Part shown: piece after piece, positions 1-13,373 of the stretch | How positions within the stretch are numbered: position 1 is the first letter of the stretch | How the letters are laid out: each line of letters begins with the position of its first letter | Origin: Octopus sinensis | Lineage: Eukaryota | NCBI RefSeq assembly: GCF_006345805.1 | Contig: NC_043014.1 | Span: forward strand, 14,260,001-14,324,000 | Direction of reading: 5' to 3' | DNA: 64,000 nt | Made by a program: the position numbers and the translations under genes | The notes under the pieces: model-generated | Told to the model about the DNA's origin: nothing | Seen by the model: the letters and a program-made list of their open reading frames with translations, nothing else | Database searches by the model: none

Positions 1-119
1 GTTGTGAGGCATGTGCCTGGTTTACCCTTATCAGACGGGTAGTCATGATGGGTATACTGGACTTCGTATATTTTGCCCCGGTGTCACTGATGGAATGCAC
101 TGCTCTCTCACTCAATATA

Positions 120-1200
120 AATTGGTCAATTACTGAAATCTGTTATCTTGACAGAAAAGTACGAAAATTGTTGACAATGCAGAGACTGTACCACCCCAAA
201 GCAGATATAGAACGACTTTAACGGCCAAAAAAAAGAGGGTGGCCGTGGACTTTTACAACTGGAATTAACAATGAAGATTGCCACAGCAAATTCTGATGAC
301 TGGATGTTAAAACTTGTCTTAAAGCATGAAAACAAGAAAACGTCATACTCAGTAAGAAAACAGGGAAAGAAATATCTAAGTGAATTCTAAACACAACAAA
401 TTCCAGAATTATACGTACTGGAAACAAGCACAAAAAAAGCTAAGCGTATGAAAACCCGTGCAAAACTGGTGCCGTAGATATTCTTATTGATAAATGACAA
501 GAAAAACCTCTCAATGGCAAATACCGAAAGAGAGCTAATAATGGCGATGCTTACAAAGCCCTTACTGTCTTCTGGCTTAAAATAAGAGACAGATAGTAAC
601 CCAAGATCAATGCCTACCTACAAGAAACTACGAAGCCAACATATTAAAGAACGGCAGCTGCCCAACATGCCGTGTATGTCAACAACAAAATGAAACCATT
701 GATCATGTTGTCTCCATATGCAGTCTTTTTGCGCCTACAGAGTATCTCCACAGACATGATAGAGCAGCACAATATATTCACTGGGTAATTTTCAAAAACC
801 TGGACCTGCCCCATGATAAAAACTGGTGGGAATACAAACCACCCCAGTACTTGAAAATGGTCACACCTCACTCCTTTCGAACTTCACCGTTCAAACTGAC
901 AGAAGGACAGATGAAAATAGGCCAGACATCATATTGAAGGACTTCAGACAAAAATCATGCCTCCTCATCGATATAGCTGTCTCAATCGGCATAAATGTAT
1001 TTGCCAAAACTTACCAAAAGCCAAGCAAATATGAAGATCTTGAAATAGAAATTGGCAAAATGAAGAACCTCATGACTAAAACAATACCTGTTGTCATAGG
1101 CTGGTTCCTACCTAGCTCAGATACCAGGAAATCCCAAAATGAAAGAAATTCAGAAAACAGTGTTCATGGAAACAGCCCATATCCTACGTAAAATATCGTC
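120..1200 (+). mobile_element. Decayed R4/Dong-like non-LTR retrotransposon (RLE endonuclease), 3' part
   Basis: EGGRGLLQLE near 235, CCHC knuckle remnant (ETIDHVVS.C...HRHD) near 690-760, and NRPDIILKD...LIDIAV...KY.DL..EI...IPVVIG in ORF 826..1191; frameshifted. Confidence 0.85.
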
Positions 1201-1393
1201 TTTGTAATCCCCCAAATATTTTAACCTGTAAACAGTGTCAAAATACTTTTAAATCTACATAACAGCAAACACCTTTTGCTGTCATCTTTTACATCAGAAT
1301 ATTATTATCTTATAATCAAATTACTTTTAAAACAAACTTTTAATTTATTTATGTTATGACAGACATTCTCTAGAACAAAAAAAAATAATAAAT

Positions 1394-1640
1394 GCGCCCT
1401 TTTAAAGCCTAGCCAGGCTCATGGGCCCGGTTTCCCAGTTTCTATGGCGTATGTGTTCCCCAGCTGGACAGGACGCCAGTCCATCGCAGCGTTACTCATT
1501 TTTGCCAGCTGAGTGGACTGGAGCAACATGAAATGAAGTGTTTTGCTCAAGAACACAACACGTCGCCCGGTCCAGGAATCGAAATCACAATCCTACGGTC
1601 ATGATGCTGACATCCCAACCACTAAGCCACACGCCTCCAC
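1394..1640 (-). mobile_element. tRNA-derived CORE-like SINE (family C here)
   Basis: A/B-box head followed by cttgagcaaaacacttcatttcatgttgctccagtccactcagctg. Related copies at 5111-5448(+), 5630-5830(-), 10501-10860(+), 14490-14670(+), 16590-16760(-), 33600-33700(-), 51870-52198(-). Confidence 0.85.
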
Positions 1641-1798
1641 TCTCTAGAACAATACTCTGTGCAAAACCAAATATATGGCACCCTAGTCATAACACCAACT
1701 CGAACTTCTAACTTGTCTCTTTAGATCTCTGGGTGAGACATGGAGTCAACTTGTGCAAATACAAAGCAAGAGCCAAACATACAACAACAACAACAACA

Positions 1799-2150
1799 GT
1801 GGAGGCGCAATGGCCCAGTGGTTAGGGCAGCGGACTCGCGGTCGGAGGAACGCGGTTTCGATTCCCAGACCGGGCGTTGTGTGTGTTTATTGAGCGAAAG
1901 CACCTAAAACTCCACGAGGCTCCGGCAGGGGTGGTGGCGACCCCTGTTGTAATCTTTCGCTCCTAACTTTCTCTCACTCTTTCTTCCTGTTTCTTGTCCC
2001 CCCGACTTCCTACGCAACCGCTGAGCCTGGATGCGCATTCATCCATCCGTCGATGCTCTCGGTGTCGGAGGTTGACCTGCTTTCTCTTCTGTGGGTCTTA
2101 CGAATAGCAAAAGACCATGTTTCGGACTTCTCCCACTAATGGGACGAAGA
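1799..2150 (+). mobile_element. tRNA-derived SINE (family B here; Arg-like head)
   Basis: Head gtggaggcgcaatggcccagtggttagggcagcggactcgcggtcg...ggtttcgattcccagaccgggc. Other copies: 4255-4432(+), 15636-15835(+), 16818-17124(-), 39410-39625(-), 49391-49672(+), 61546-61848(+). Confidence 0.9.
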
Positions 2151-3120
2151 CCGCTTCGCTCAACAGCAGCAGCAGTCATAACAAAAATAAGTTTCCATTT
2201 GGTTACTCTTCAATCAGTTAAATGCAAAAAGTTTCGTCTTCGCTTTTGCTACATTCGAAGGAATGGGAAGGAAACGTGGCGATTGAGAGGTATCAATCGT
2301 CCAAGCCAGAGATATTCTAAAACTAGACGAGATATGTATACTTATACCGAAATAGTTAAATCTTGGTTTGGTTAATTAATTGTTTCTTGAACACTTATTA
2401 TCTAATTGATTTCCACCGGATAATTAATTCTAGGTGTGTGTAATATTACTGTTAATTACTGTAACTACACAATGAAGTTGAACATAGCTTGGGAAACAGC
2501 CATCGAGGTTTTCGTTTTCATTACAAGTTATTCAATTTAATTGCTAAGCATGGGGACGGCGTGGAAACGTAGGTGTTTAGACAATAATCCTAACTTAACG
2601 ACAGCTGCCAATGAATTATCAACAAAGGCGAAAGAGCTTTAGGAATTACATTAAGGAATATTAAGATAATATATTGAACAAATACTGAATTCTGTTAAGC
2701 TGCGTGAGTTTCAGTTTCTTTGGGTATACTGAAGGATATGAAATTTTAATTTGGCCATCTCTAAATTAAACAGCTTCTTTGTGGATAATTTCAAAGGGGA
2801 TTTTGCTTGACACGGGTTATCAGACAACAGAAACCCGGTGAAATATATGGGTGCTCTCTCGCACGCAAAGTCTTTGTGCTTGTGTTGGTTTGGTGATAAT
2901 CATGCATATGATATTTAGTATTACGAGATAGGCTGGCGGCGAGTCTGCAGGATGTAAAGTATTCGTATGTGCAAATACTCAGCCATTTTAAAGATGACTG
3001 CCCATTTACAAAACACTTCACATTATCTTACGTTGGCTAAATACTATCACTGATATATAGCAGCGCATATTAGTGATATGAAACCACTGGTATCAACTTC
3101 ATAAAATAATTGTATATATT

Positions 3121-3538
3121 ACTCTTACTCTTTTACTTGTTTCATTCATTTGACTGCGGCTATGCTGGAGCACCGCCTTTAGTCGAGCAAATCGACCCCA
3201 GGACTTATTCTTTGTAAGCCTAGTACTTATTCTATCGGTCTTTTTTGCCGAACCACCAAGTTACTGGTACGTAAACACACCACCATCGGTTGTCGAGCGA
3301 TGTTGGGGGGGGGGACACACACAAACACAGACACAAATATATACACACACATACATATATATATGTACATATATACGACGGGCTTCCTTCAGTTTCCGTC
3401 TAACAAATCCACTCACAAGGCTTTGGTCGGCCCGAGGCTATAGTAGAAGACACTTGCCCAAGGTGCCACGCAGTCGGACTGAACCCAGAACCATGTGGTT
3501 GGTAAGCAAGCTACTTACCACACAGCCAATCTTGCGCT
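3121..3538 (-). mobile_element. tRNA-derived SINE with central microsatellite (family A here)
   Basis: Head aggcgcaggagtggctgtgtggtaag...gggttcagtccc, CORE-like accttgggcaagtgtcttct, (TA/TG)n middle, tail gcggttcggcaaaagagaccg...gaaacaagtaaaagag. Confidence 0.92.
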
Positions 3539-3580
<42 letters not shown>

Positions 3581-3717
3581 TAAAAGGAGATTAATAAATC
3601 CGAGCTGGATCTTCAGTCAGGATCGCTTTTTCTCTTGAATCTTTGTTTGATGGTATGTTGGGCTTCGTAAAGTTGTACCCCAAGGTCACTTTGATCGCAT
3701 GCGCTGTTCTCTCACTC

Positions 3718-3754
<37 letters not shown>

Positions 3755-4044
3755 TAATAATAATAATAATAATCCTGTGTACTTTAGGTACAAGGCCTGA
3801 AATTTTGGGGAACGGGGTTAGTTCATCGACCCCAGTACTTGGCGGCCGTTTAGCTTATTGAACCTGAAAGAATGAAAGGCAAAGTCGACCTCGGCTGAAT
3901 TTGAACACAGAACGTAAAGCTGGAAGAAATGCTGCTGGGCTTTTTTCCGACTCGATAACGATTCTGCCAGTTCGCCACATCAACATCAACAAAGACAGCA
4001 ACAAGTACAACACGAGGGAATGGATTCGGTGTTTAACAACTTAC

Positions 4045-4185
4045 CTGGGTGGTCATAGGTAAACCGAAGAGAAAGGTTACAAGACAAACGCAAACCCTGA
4101 AAGCGGTTTGAGTCTTCCAGTTGCGCCGCAGTTTATCTTGCCATTCGTCCATCAAAGACGACATCACCGTTTCAACCAGGGAGAA
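4045..4185 (-). CDS. SLC6: SLC6 exon, TM8-TM9 (141 nt)
   Basis: Acceptor ttctcattcgatatttcag, donor gtaagt; 47 codons FSLVET...GLPMTTQ; phase 0 to 0; lies inside ORF-track entry 4033..4251. Confidence 0.95.
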
Positions 4186-7100
4186 CTGAAATATCGAATG
4201 AGAACATGAAAGGAATGGGTTTGAAATTATCTCATACCTCCGCAACAACAACAGGGGAGGCGCAATGGCCCAGTAGTTATGGCAGCGGACTCGCGGTCGG
4301 AGGATCGTGGTTTCGATTCTCAGACCGGGCGTTGTGTGTGTTTATTGAGCGAAAACACCTAAAACTCCACGAGGCTTCGGCAGGGTGTGGTGGCGACCCC
4401 TGTTGTACTCTTTCGCTCCAAACACCGCTTGATCACCACGCCCTACTGGGATAACATTCCTGTTTACATTAGGAAGGCGTGTGTGTGTTTTTGTATGTGT
4501 AGGTGTGTAGGTGTGTGTGTGTGAGTGTGTGGTGTTTGTATATATGTGTGCTTGTTTTATATTCTTGCTAACTTAAGGAAAGTGTATACTTGTTTGTGTG
4601 TGTGTGTTGTATGTGTGCGTGTACGAGGGGACGCGGAAACGTTCCTGGCTTTGGGTAAAACAAAATACAGGAGGATCAGTTAATTATGATTTTGTAGTGA
4701 CGCCATTTTGGAAATCTTCAGCACGCATGCGCAGAGTTTGGATTCTTCCGGGAGGCCTGCTGGAAGTTCCCTCATGCGCATGCGCAGAAAACTAGCCTTA
4801 TTCTACGTCTAGCGAAGCATATTCTACTCTGTTAACGAAACTAAAAGTGAATCATTACATATACTCATACACGCATATAGGTTAGTGAATAACGAGAGAA
4901 CAAGAATTATATAATTAATTTCATTAGTTTACAGCTGTTTCTCATATAAAAATAGTGCATTCAGAGCTGAGTGCTTGTGCAACATCTTATAGCTTCTCCG
5001 GAGTCGTTTTGAGGATCAGAAAATGAGTAGAACGATGTCTAATCAGTGAGCACAAAACATGAGTGCTGATGTGCTAAGGTCCAATATAAATTCATTATAT
5101 GTTTACATGAGAAGGCGCATGGCTCAGTGGTCAGAGCATCGACTCACAATCATGTGGTAGTGAGTTCGATTCGTGGACCGGGCTGTGTGTTGAGTTCTTG
5201 AGCAAGACACTTTATTTCACGTTGCTTCATTTCAGTCAGCTGTAGAAATGAGTTGCGACGTCACTGGTACCAAACTGTATCGGCCTTTACCTTTCCCTTG
5301 GGTAACATCGGTGGCATGTAGAGAGGAGGCTGGTATGCATGGGTGACTGCTGATCTTCCTCAAAATAACCTTGCCCAGACTTGTGCCTCGAAGGAGAGCT
5401 TTTTAGATGCAATCCCATGGTCATTCATGTCTGAAGGGGCTTTTACCCTATGTTTTCTTATTTAGCAATTTCCATAAAACTTCATATGGGGAAAAACTAG
5501 TCTACACAAAGATCTAAAAGGCGGCGTATATTGTATTGGACAGTAAATGAAGCTATGGACAAGTCACTGCACATCATCATCATCATCCTCTTGACATCAT
5601 TACTGTCGAGAGCCCTTAGGACCCATAAAGTTGGTGTTTAATTCGATTTCTATGATGTATAAGGGATCGAAATGGCGCACCGGATCGTCGCAGGGTTATT
5701 CGTTTACAGCTGATTAGAGTGGAGCAACGTAAATGGAAGTATTGTTTTGTACAAGAACATAACATACTGCCTGGTTCAGGAATGGAAACCGCGGTCTTGC
5801 TTGCGGAACCTCTGCAACGAGGCCGCGCGCTTTCAGTAACCGTTGTGCACAATTAGTTAATGTTTGATAAAAGAAAACCATTTTTTTCTGACTTTATATT
5901 TATTTCTGTTTTTATTTTTGCAAAACATGCAGAGACAGCATTTGTAAAATGCTGTTTAGTATACAGTTGGGGAACTGATCTATAGACATTATTTTGTTAA
6001 TGTTATTTCTTCAGATATTCTATAGAAATTATAGCCGCCAGGTGTAAACAAACAATGAAATCGAAGAAAAAATGGATAATGAGTGTATATACCATATTTC
6101 GAGTTTTTTGCTCCTTCATCAGCGCCTATCTAACCCACTGTCACCGCTGAACACATTGCTTATATTGCCACCACATACAGTGGTGTTAAGTTACTGGATA
6201 TACCAATTTATATATTAAAATCATTCCTGGAGCTGGTATGTAAACATAATGACTTGTAAGTACGTGATATTTCGTTATGCAACCATAATATACTATAAAG
6301 TATATCAAATGTTTTTATAAGTAACGCCACGTCCTACTGTGTTAGCAGTGCTTATTACATTATTTTAAGGTTTTTCCTACAGAAATATGGGTGCTGATAA
6401 AGGGGAAAACCCTCACGAAATATTGTATATACACTCAATACCCTTCGATCTCGTTGTTTACATCTGACGTCTCAATACGAAATGTTATAGCAAAATGTCA
6501 GTGCTGGCTCGGGACTACTAGAGGGCAGAACAGCGGCCGTCCACCCACCCTAGCAGGGAGGCCAACACCTCCCAATCAGGATCACCCATATATTGCATGG
6601 TCCCCACCAAATAAATTGGCACCGCTTTGGGGGAAGATGGATACGTTTAGTTTTTCCAATGTGAGGGCACCTATCCGGCATAGTTGAATCTGTCCGACAT
6701 ATTTGAACCTATCCGGCATATTTGAACCTATCCGAAGTAGTTCAACCTATCCGGCATAGCTCCCCACACGGACGTAAGCTCTTTCACCACGCCAAGGTAG
6801 TGTCCATAAGGGTAAAGCCTGGCAGTGCATCCACCTACCGAAAAAAAAACAGTGGGTCATAACACACCAGACGTCCAAAAAAAGAGCATCACAGTGGCGC
6901 ATCCACCTACTGAGTCCCGGCAGGTTATAACATACCAGACAGACCTGGTGGTGCATCCACCTACTGAAAAAACAGATCATAACGCACCAGGCCCCACAAA
7001 ACCTTAATAAAATAATGTAAAGAGCACTGCTAACGTAGTAGGACGTGGTGTTGACTTATAAAAACATTTAGTATACTTCATAATATATCATGGTTGCATA

Positions 7101-7729
7101 ACGAAATACTATGCACCCACAAATCATCAAGATCTATAGACAGCCACGAATCATTACACTATATCAACTAGACAAACATTTCATTGAAGCACAAGAAGTT
7201 CACTAAGTGAAATAACTTATTTTATCGTGAAGAGCAAGAGGAATGTCTAATATTTCGAACTAAAATCTCTGTTGGAAGATCCTACCCTAAAATTAAGACA
7301 TATTTTCTTGACAACAAGCTGGTTTATTACACTTTGTGAACTTTTATACTTCGTATTTTTCGAAGCTGACCAACATTAGTCTTCTCAGATTTTTTCCCTT
7401 CCTTACTGCAGTAATATACTTTAATCTGTATTATATTCCTCTAGGCTGTTCGTTTAGAAGCTTTTCATGATTTATTTAACTGACATTTCTTTGGAGCATG
7501 CGTTTCAACCTGCAGAATTATTCAGCTACTTCAAAAAGCTTAGTCAAGTAAACAGTTATGGCTAGGTCTGAGTGGTTAAATAGTTTGCTTCGCAACTATG
7601 TGGTTCTGTGTTCAATCCTAATGCAGCGAAGAAGGTATACTCTACCATAGTCACGGACAGACCAATATCTGAATGCGTTTCTGTAGCGGATACGGCACCG
7701 AAACCGACTGAATATATATATAATATATA

Positions 7730-7813
<84 letters not shown>

Positions 7814-10800
7814 TGTGTGTAGTGGATCTTGCAAGCATGAAGTGGATTCGATCCACCATAGCCAAATTTAAATTAACACTGCAACAGAACTTTTCCCACG
7901 GTGGAACAATGTTTTTTCTCTGACAGCAGTTTTACATTTTCCAGATGCCTTTAGCTAGGCCGAAATAATGTCTTCACCACTTGACCCTTTCTAACCTCTT
8001 CTACTTCACCAAAAGCTAGAATAGAGATAACAAGACCACCAACTAAATCTATTGTTCTCAATGATATATTTATCCTTCTGGATAGTTATAAAAGCAAGAA
8101 CACCCCAAACAAAACTCAGTCGGTGACGACTCAACCAAGTAGTCACTTGGCGACAACTGAGCGAGGCGGCTCGTGACGACTCAATTAGTTAGGGAACGGA
8201 CTGCTAGAATCATGATCACAAGAAATGCAGCTACTAACAGGGGTCAGCGAGAGAAATGAAATTTACTGTCAGCAACTGTGAGACAACGTCCCACAACACT
8301 ACAACTTTCGCTAGCACTAATTCTGTTCTCTTACAACATCATTCTATCTCTCTTTGTAATTACTACTTTACAATGAAGAGGACACATACACAAACTTTAC
8401 TTTGCATGCTTTTTGATGTATCAAAACCTGCTCGTTGAGGCAAAGTATTGTAACGTAACGGTAAATAAATATTTCCTTAAAACTTCACATCTTACAACAT
8501 GTTGTCATAATAACAAATTTTTATCGTTACAACTGCTGACTACGACATTTCATAATATTGTTTACTAATCAATTTCTCCCGCTACAATTGGTGACCCCGA
8601 ACAAGAGAATTGCAGCTTTCCCAAGAACCAATCGTTACAAACTGGCGACCCCAACGTTGCACCATAACTGGCATCGCTACAAAAATAAAACTTCATCGCT
8701 TGCAATTGGTGAACCTGTGTAAAGAGAATTGGAACCTTCCGATGCTATATGCAGCTGCATTTTTAGCTGATTTGAACTATAGGACTGGAATATCAACAGT
8801 CACTAAACCAAAGAAAAAAGAATGACAACCTTCGTCACCACCAAGATGCACTCGCCATCGACCTGCTACAGAAAGCACTATACTACGATGCAATCTAGGA
8901 TGCATTTCACAACAGTGCAACACTGCCGACGCACAAGGTGTTCGCTGACCATGAAAGCCTATAAGCGCAACATTTTGACAGCTACATACCCAGAAACTGA
9001 CTGGAAGAAGATACGGAAGCCCGCACATGCAACCTTTTCGGCACACACACGCTTTTCGTCTCGTCCTGACGTACAAACCCTGCATTGTCTATGAACTTTT
9101 GCACGTACATAAGACTCTCACATAGACTTTATTTAAAAGCATCAGGAATATAACGAAAGCTGTTACTCAGAGTTTCACGTTTAAAAAAATTAACAAAACT
9201 GTCCGACGAACGGGAACGTGAAACTCTGAGTAACAGATTTTGTTATAAAGCATATTACTCTACCTCTGGTATTTGAGTACTCTGTTTTCCCACCTTGTTT
9301 CACATTTATGTCCTTACTCCGGTATATATATATGTATATACACACGTGCCCGCGCGCGTGTGTTTTAAGGTTAAATGACAAGAAACGATTTTTGAAATTA
9401 CGTATCTAGCAGAAATAAGAGTGCAATTAAAAAGTTAAAAATTAATAACGTGTATAGTTAACTCTTGTTTAGTTTCAATATTTCAAAGTTCAAATGAAAC
9501 GGAGTTTACCTGTGAACTGAAACCGATGGTGATCATCATCAAGAAGAAGAGGATGGCCCAAACTGTTGGAGACGGCATTTTTGTGATAGCTTCTGGGTAA
9601 GCGATAAACGCTAAACCTGGACCTATAGCATAAAAGAAAATTAGAAAAGAGCAGAGTCAATTTAATGCAGCATTGGTTTCAATTTTTGGAACAAGGCCAG
9701 CAAGTTCGGTGGTAGGTGGGGTAAGTCGATTACATCGAATTTGAAGTCAGAACGTAAAGACAGACGAAATGCTACCAAGCATTTTGATTACATCGACTGC
9801 ATTACTTTCTGGTAAAATTATTACATCGAACTAGAAATTGGCGAGCTGGCAGAAACGTTAGCACGCCGGGCGAAATGTGTAGCCGTATTTCGTCTGCCGC
9901 TACGTTCTGAGTTCAAATTCCGCCGAGGTCGACTTTGCCTTTCATCCTTTCGGGGTCGATTAAATAAGTACCAGTTACGCACTGGGGTCGATATAATCGA
10001 CTTAATCCGTTTGTCTGTCCTTGTTTTTCCCCTCTGTGTGTAGCTCCTTGTAGGGCAGTAAAGAAATAAGAAACGTTAGCATGCCGGGTAAAATGCTTAA
10101 TGGCATTTCGTCCGTCTTTACGTTCTGAGTTCAAATTCTGCAGGGCTCGACTTTGTATTTCATCTTTTCGGGGTCGATTAGATAAGTACCAGTTAAACAC
10201 TGAGGGCGATATAATCGTCTTACTATATCCCTCGAAATTGCTGGCCTCGTGCCAAAATTTGAAGCCGTTATTATATCCACTTCATAAAAGGTAAAGTTAA
10301 TTTTAACGATATTTGCACTTACAACGCAAAGGAGAGTAACAAATTACTACCGATGCATCCTGTTTAAGTTTCTAATTCACTCATGAATCATGAGAAGACC
10401 AGTCAGATACAGCAGCCTAATCTTCCTCAAAATCACACCACACGGTCTTTAAGAAAAAAGAACAGAAATATCAGGTAATGTAGCCCTAGGTAAACCTAGT
10501 GAAGGCGCATGGCTCAGTGATTAGAGCGACGAGCTTGCGATCGTGAGGTTGTGAGTTCGATTCGCGGACCGGGCTGCGTGTTGTGTTCTTGAGCAAGACG
10601 CTTTAGTTCACGTTGCTCCAGTTCACTCATGTGTGGAAATGAGTTGCGACGTCAATGGTACCAAGCTGTATCGGCCTTTGCCTTTCCCTTAGATAACACT
10701 GGTGGCGTGGAGAGGAGAGGCTGGTATGCATGGGCGACTGCTAGTCTTCTCTAAAACAACCCTAGGCTGTACGTTTGCCGGTGAGGCGACTTTCCGCTCA

Positions 10801-11155
10801 GACTTGTCCCCAGACTTGTACCTCTTAGGTGCACCCATGGTCATTCGTGACCGACAGAGTCGAGGTGAATCTATACCAGCAGAAAAAAAACCAGTTCTTA
10901 ATCTAATGATATTTTTTCTTTTATTCTTTTACTTGTTTTAATCATTTTGACTGCGGCCATGCTGGAGCACCACCTTAAAAGGTTTCAGTGGAAGAAATCG
11001 ACCCCCAGGACTTATTCTTTGTAAGCTTAGTTAATACTTATTCCATCGTTCTGTTTTGCTGAACCGCTAAGTTACGGAGACGTAAACACACCAACATCAG
11101 TTGTCAAGTGATGGAGGGGGAACAAACATAGACACAAGACAGACACACATAAACG

Positions 11156-11241
<86 letters not shown>

Positions 11242-13340
11242 GTTTCCGTCTACCAAATCCACTTACAAGACTTTGGTCGGCACGAAGCTATAGTAGAGGA
11301 TAGTTGCTCAATGTGCCACGTATTGGGACTGAACCCGGAACCGTGAGGTTGGGAAGCAAGCTTCTTATCACATAGCCTCACCAGCGCTAATTTTTTTCTC
11401 CAGTTTTCAAAATTTCTTGGATGATATAGAACGGCATCGACTTGCCAGTCTAAATGACAATTTGTATCCTCGATAGTTTATTGGCCAAAGAAGCAATAAT
11501 TTGTTTCCTTGAAAACTTACGCATTAATAAGGAGACAACTGGTTTCGTCGTCGCCTTATTGTTCAAACAGGTGAGAATTTGTATTTTCGACAGGAGAAAG
11601 AAGCGGCACTTTGTACCTTACTGGTTAAAGAAGGGACAATTTGTACTCCTGATACCTTACTGTTAAACAGACGACAATTTGTACCTTCAATTGTTTACCG
11701 GTCAAATAGTCGGCAGTTTAATAGTCTGAGTGAAGCGGTCAGAGAGGCAACATTTTGTACCCTTTGTCGTTAAACATTTAATTTTAATTCAAGCCAGTGA
11801 AGTAATCTTCACGTCGTCGACAAACTAGAAAAACCAACCAAATCTCGCTCAAATGCAAACCTTAAAAAATTAAAACTGATTAAACAATTTTTTATATGGC
11901 GAAAAGACCGGTATCGTCATGGCTGAAATGTATTTGATCACAGGACTACTCGGTTATCGCCGACCTGGGGTTTTACGACAACAACAACAAACCACACGAG
12001 AGCCAACAAAGGACTCTACTCATTTACTCAACCTGTGTGAAATAACAGCCAAATCTCTTTTATAATCATACCCAGTTATCTTAGAATAAAAGGCTATAAA
12101 GAAGGAAAGGATTGGTGCTGTTGGAACAAATTTGATCATAGGTTTGATCCATCAGAGCTGACCTGGGGTTTAACAACATCTACAACTCGTGTCTCAAACA
12201 CTCACCCCCTAGTTTACTCAACGAAATTATTATCTTTTAATTCGCCACAATTATTTCGGCGTAACTTCTATATAGGTACCGGAAGTACCGGATACATTTC
12301 AAGAAAGTGTTTTTTTTTATATATATGGGGGGGGGGTTAGGGTTAGGGTTAGGGGTGGGAGAAAAGGGTTTCTGTTATCTTCAGAAATATAAACAAAGCC
12401 ACTTCCGGTACTTACGGTACCTATACTGAAGGATCGTCATTATTTCTTGCTATCTTTTAATGCTCCTTAAATTAAATATATTAAGTTTAACTTAGCTGTT
12501 GCTTTTTTTTTTTTTGCAGATGGCGTCTAAGAGTAAATTTGTTTCAGAAGATTTCTCTATCTGCAAGAATTATTCCCTCCCACCCGCCAAAGCGCTAAAT
12601 GGGTTTTTGTTCAACTAACAAAGAGTATGCAACAATATATTTTCGATAAATGACGCAGTTGGTACGCTTGTTGTTTAATAAGTGTACTTACAGTCATAAA
12701 AATGACAATCAACTCGACGTCCATATTATCTCCGATCACTTCATTGCACACTCTACTATTTATTTCATTCTTGCGTTGCTGTCATATCCTCACTCAACAC
12801 CACTCTACATCCCTCTTGATCTCCGTTTCAGTCCCTGCTGAACCTGCCCACATCGATAAATCGTCAAGGAGTCTCTGATAATTGTCTATTTGATGGAGCA
12901 GATCCGAATAAAGTAACAGAAAACCACTAAGACAGCTGCTTCAATCTGCTTAGTTCTCATTTAACGTTTGTTTAGATAGAAGGAAACTCGTACAAGCAGT
13001 CGTTGTTGCACTTAAGTCAATAAGTGTCACAACTCAGTGTATATTATTTACTGCCGTCATCTTGAAAACTGGTCGAAGTGATTCTGGATTTTGAACCACT
13101 TTCATTGATTTAACAGGCTTTCTCTTTTCTCTTTTCTCTTTTACTTGTTTCAGTCATTTGACTGCGGCCATGCTGGAGCACCGCCTTTAGTCGAGCAACT
13201 CGACCCCGGGACTTATTCTTTTTGTAAGCCCAGTACTTATTCTATCGGTCTCTTTTTGCCGAACCGCTAAGTGACGGGGACCGTAAACACACCAGCATCG
13301 GTTGTCAAGCAATGCTAGGGGAACAAACACAGACACACAA

Positions 13341-13373
<33 letters not shown>

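Noticed and set aside
1799-1875. tRNA-like cloverleafs at the heads of SINE families A-D
   Set aside because: Each continues into a SINE body and lacks a proper acceptor stem; not tRNA genes.
4775-4786. Perfect NRF1-type motif TGCGCATGCGCA
   Set aside because: Sits inside a mariner-like fragment with no other promoter evidence.
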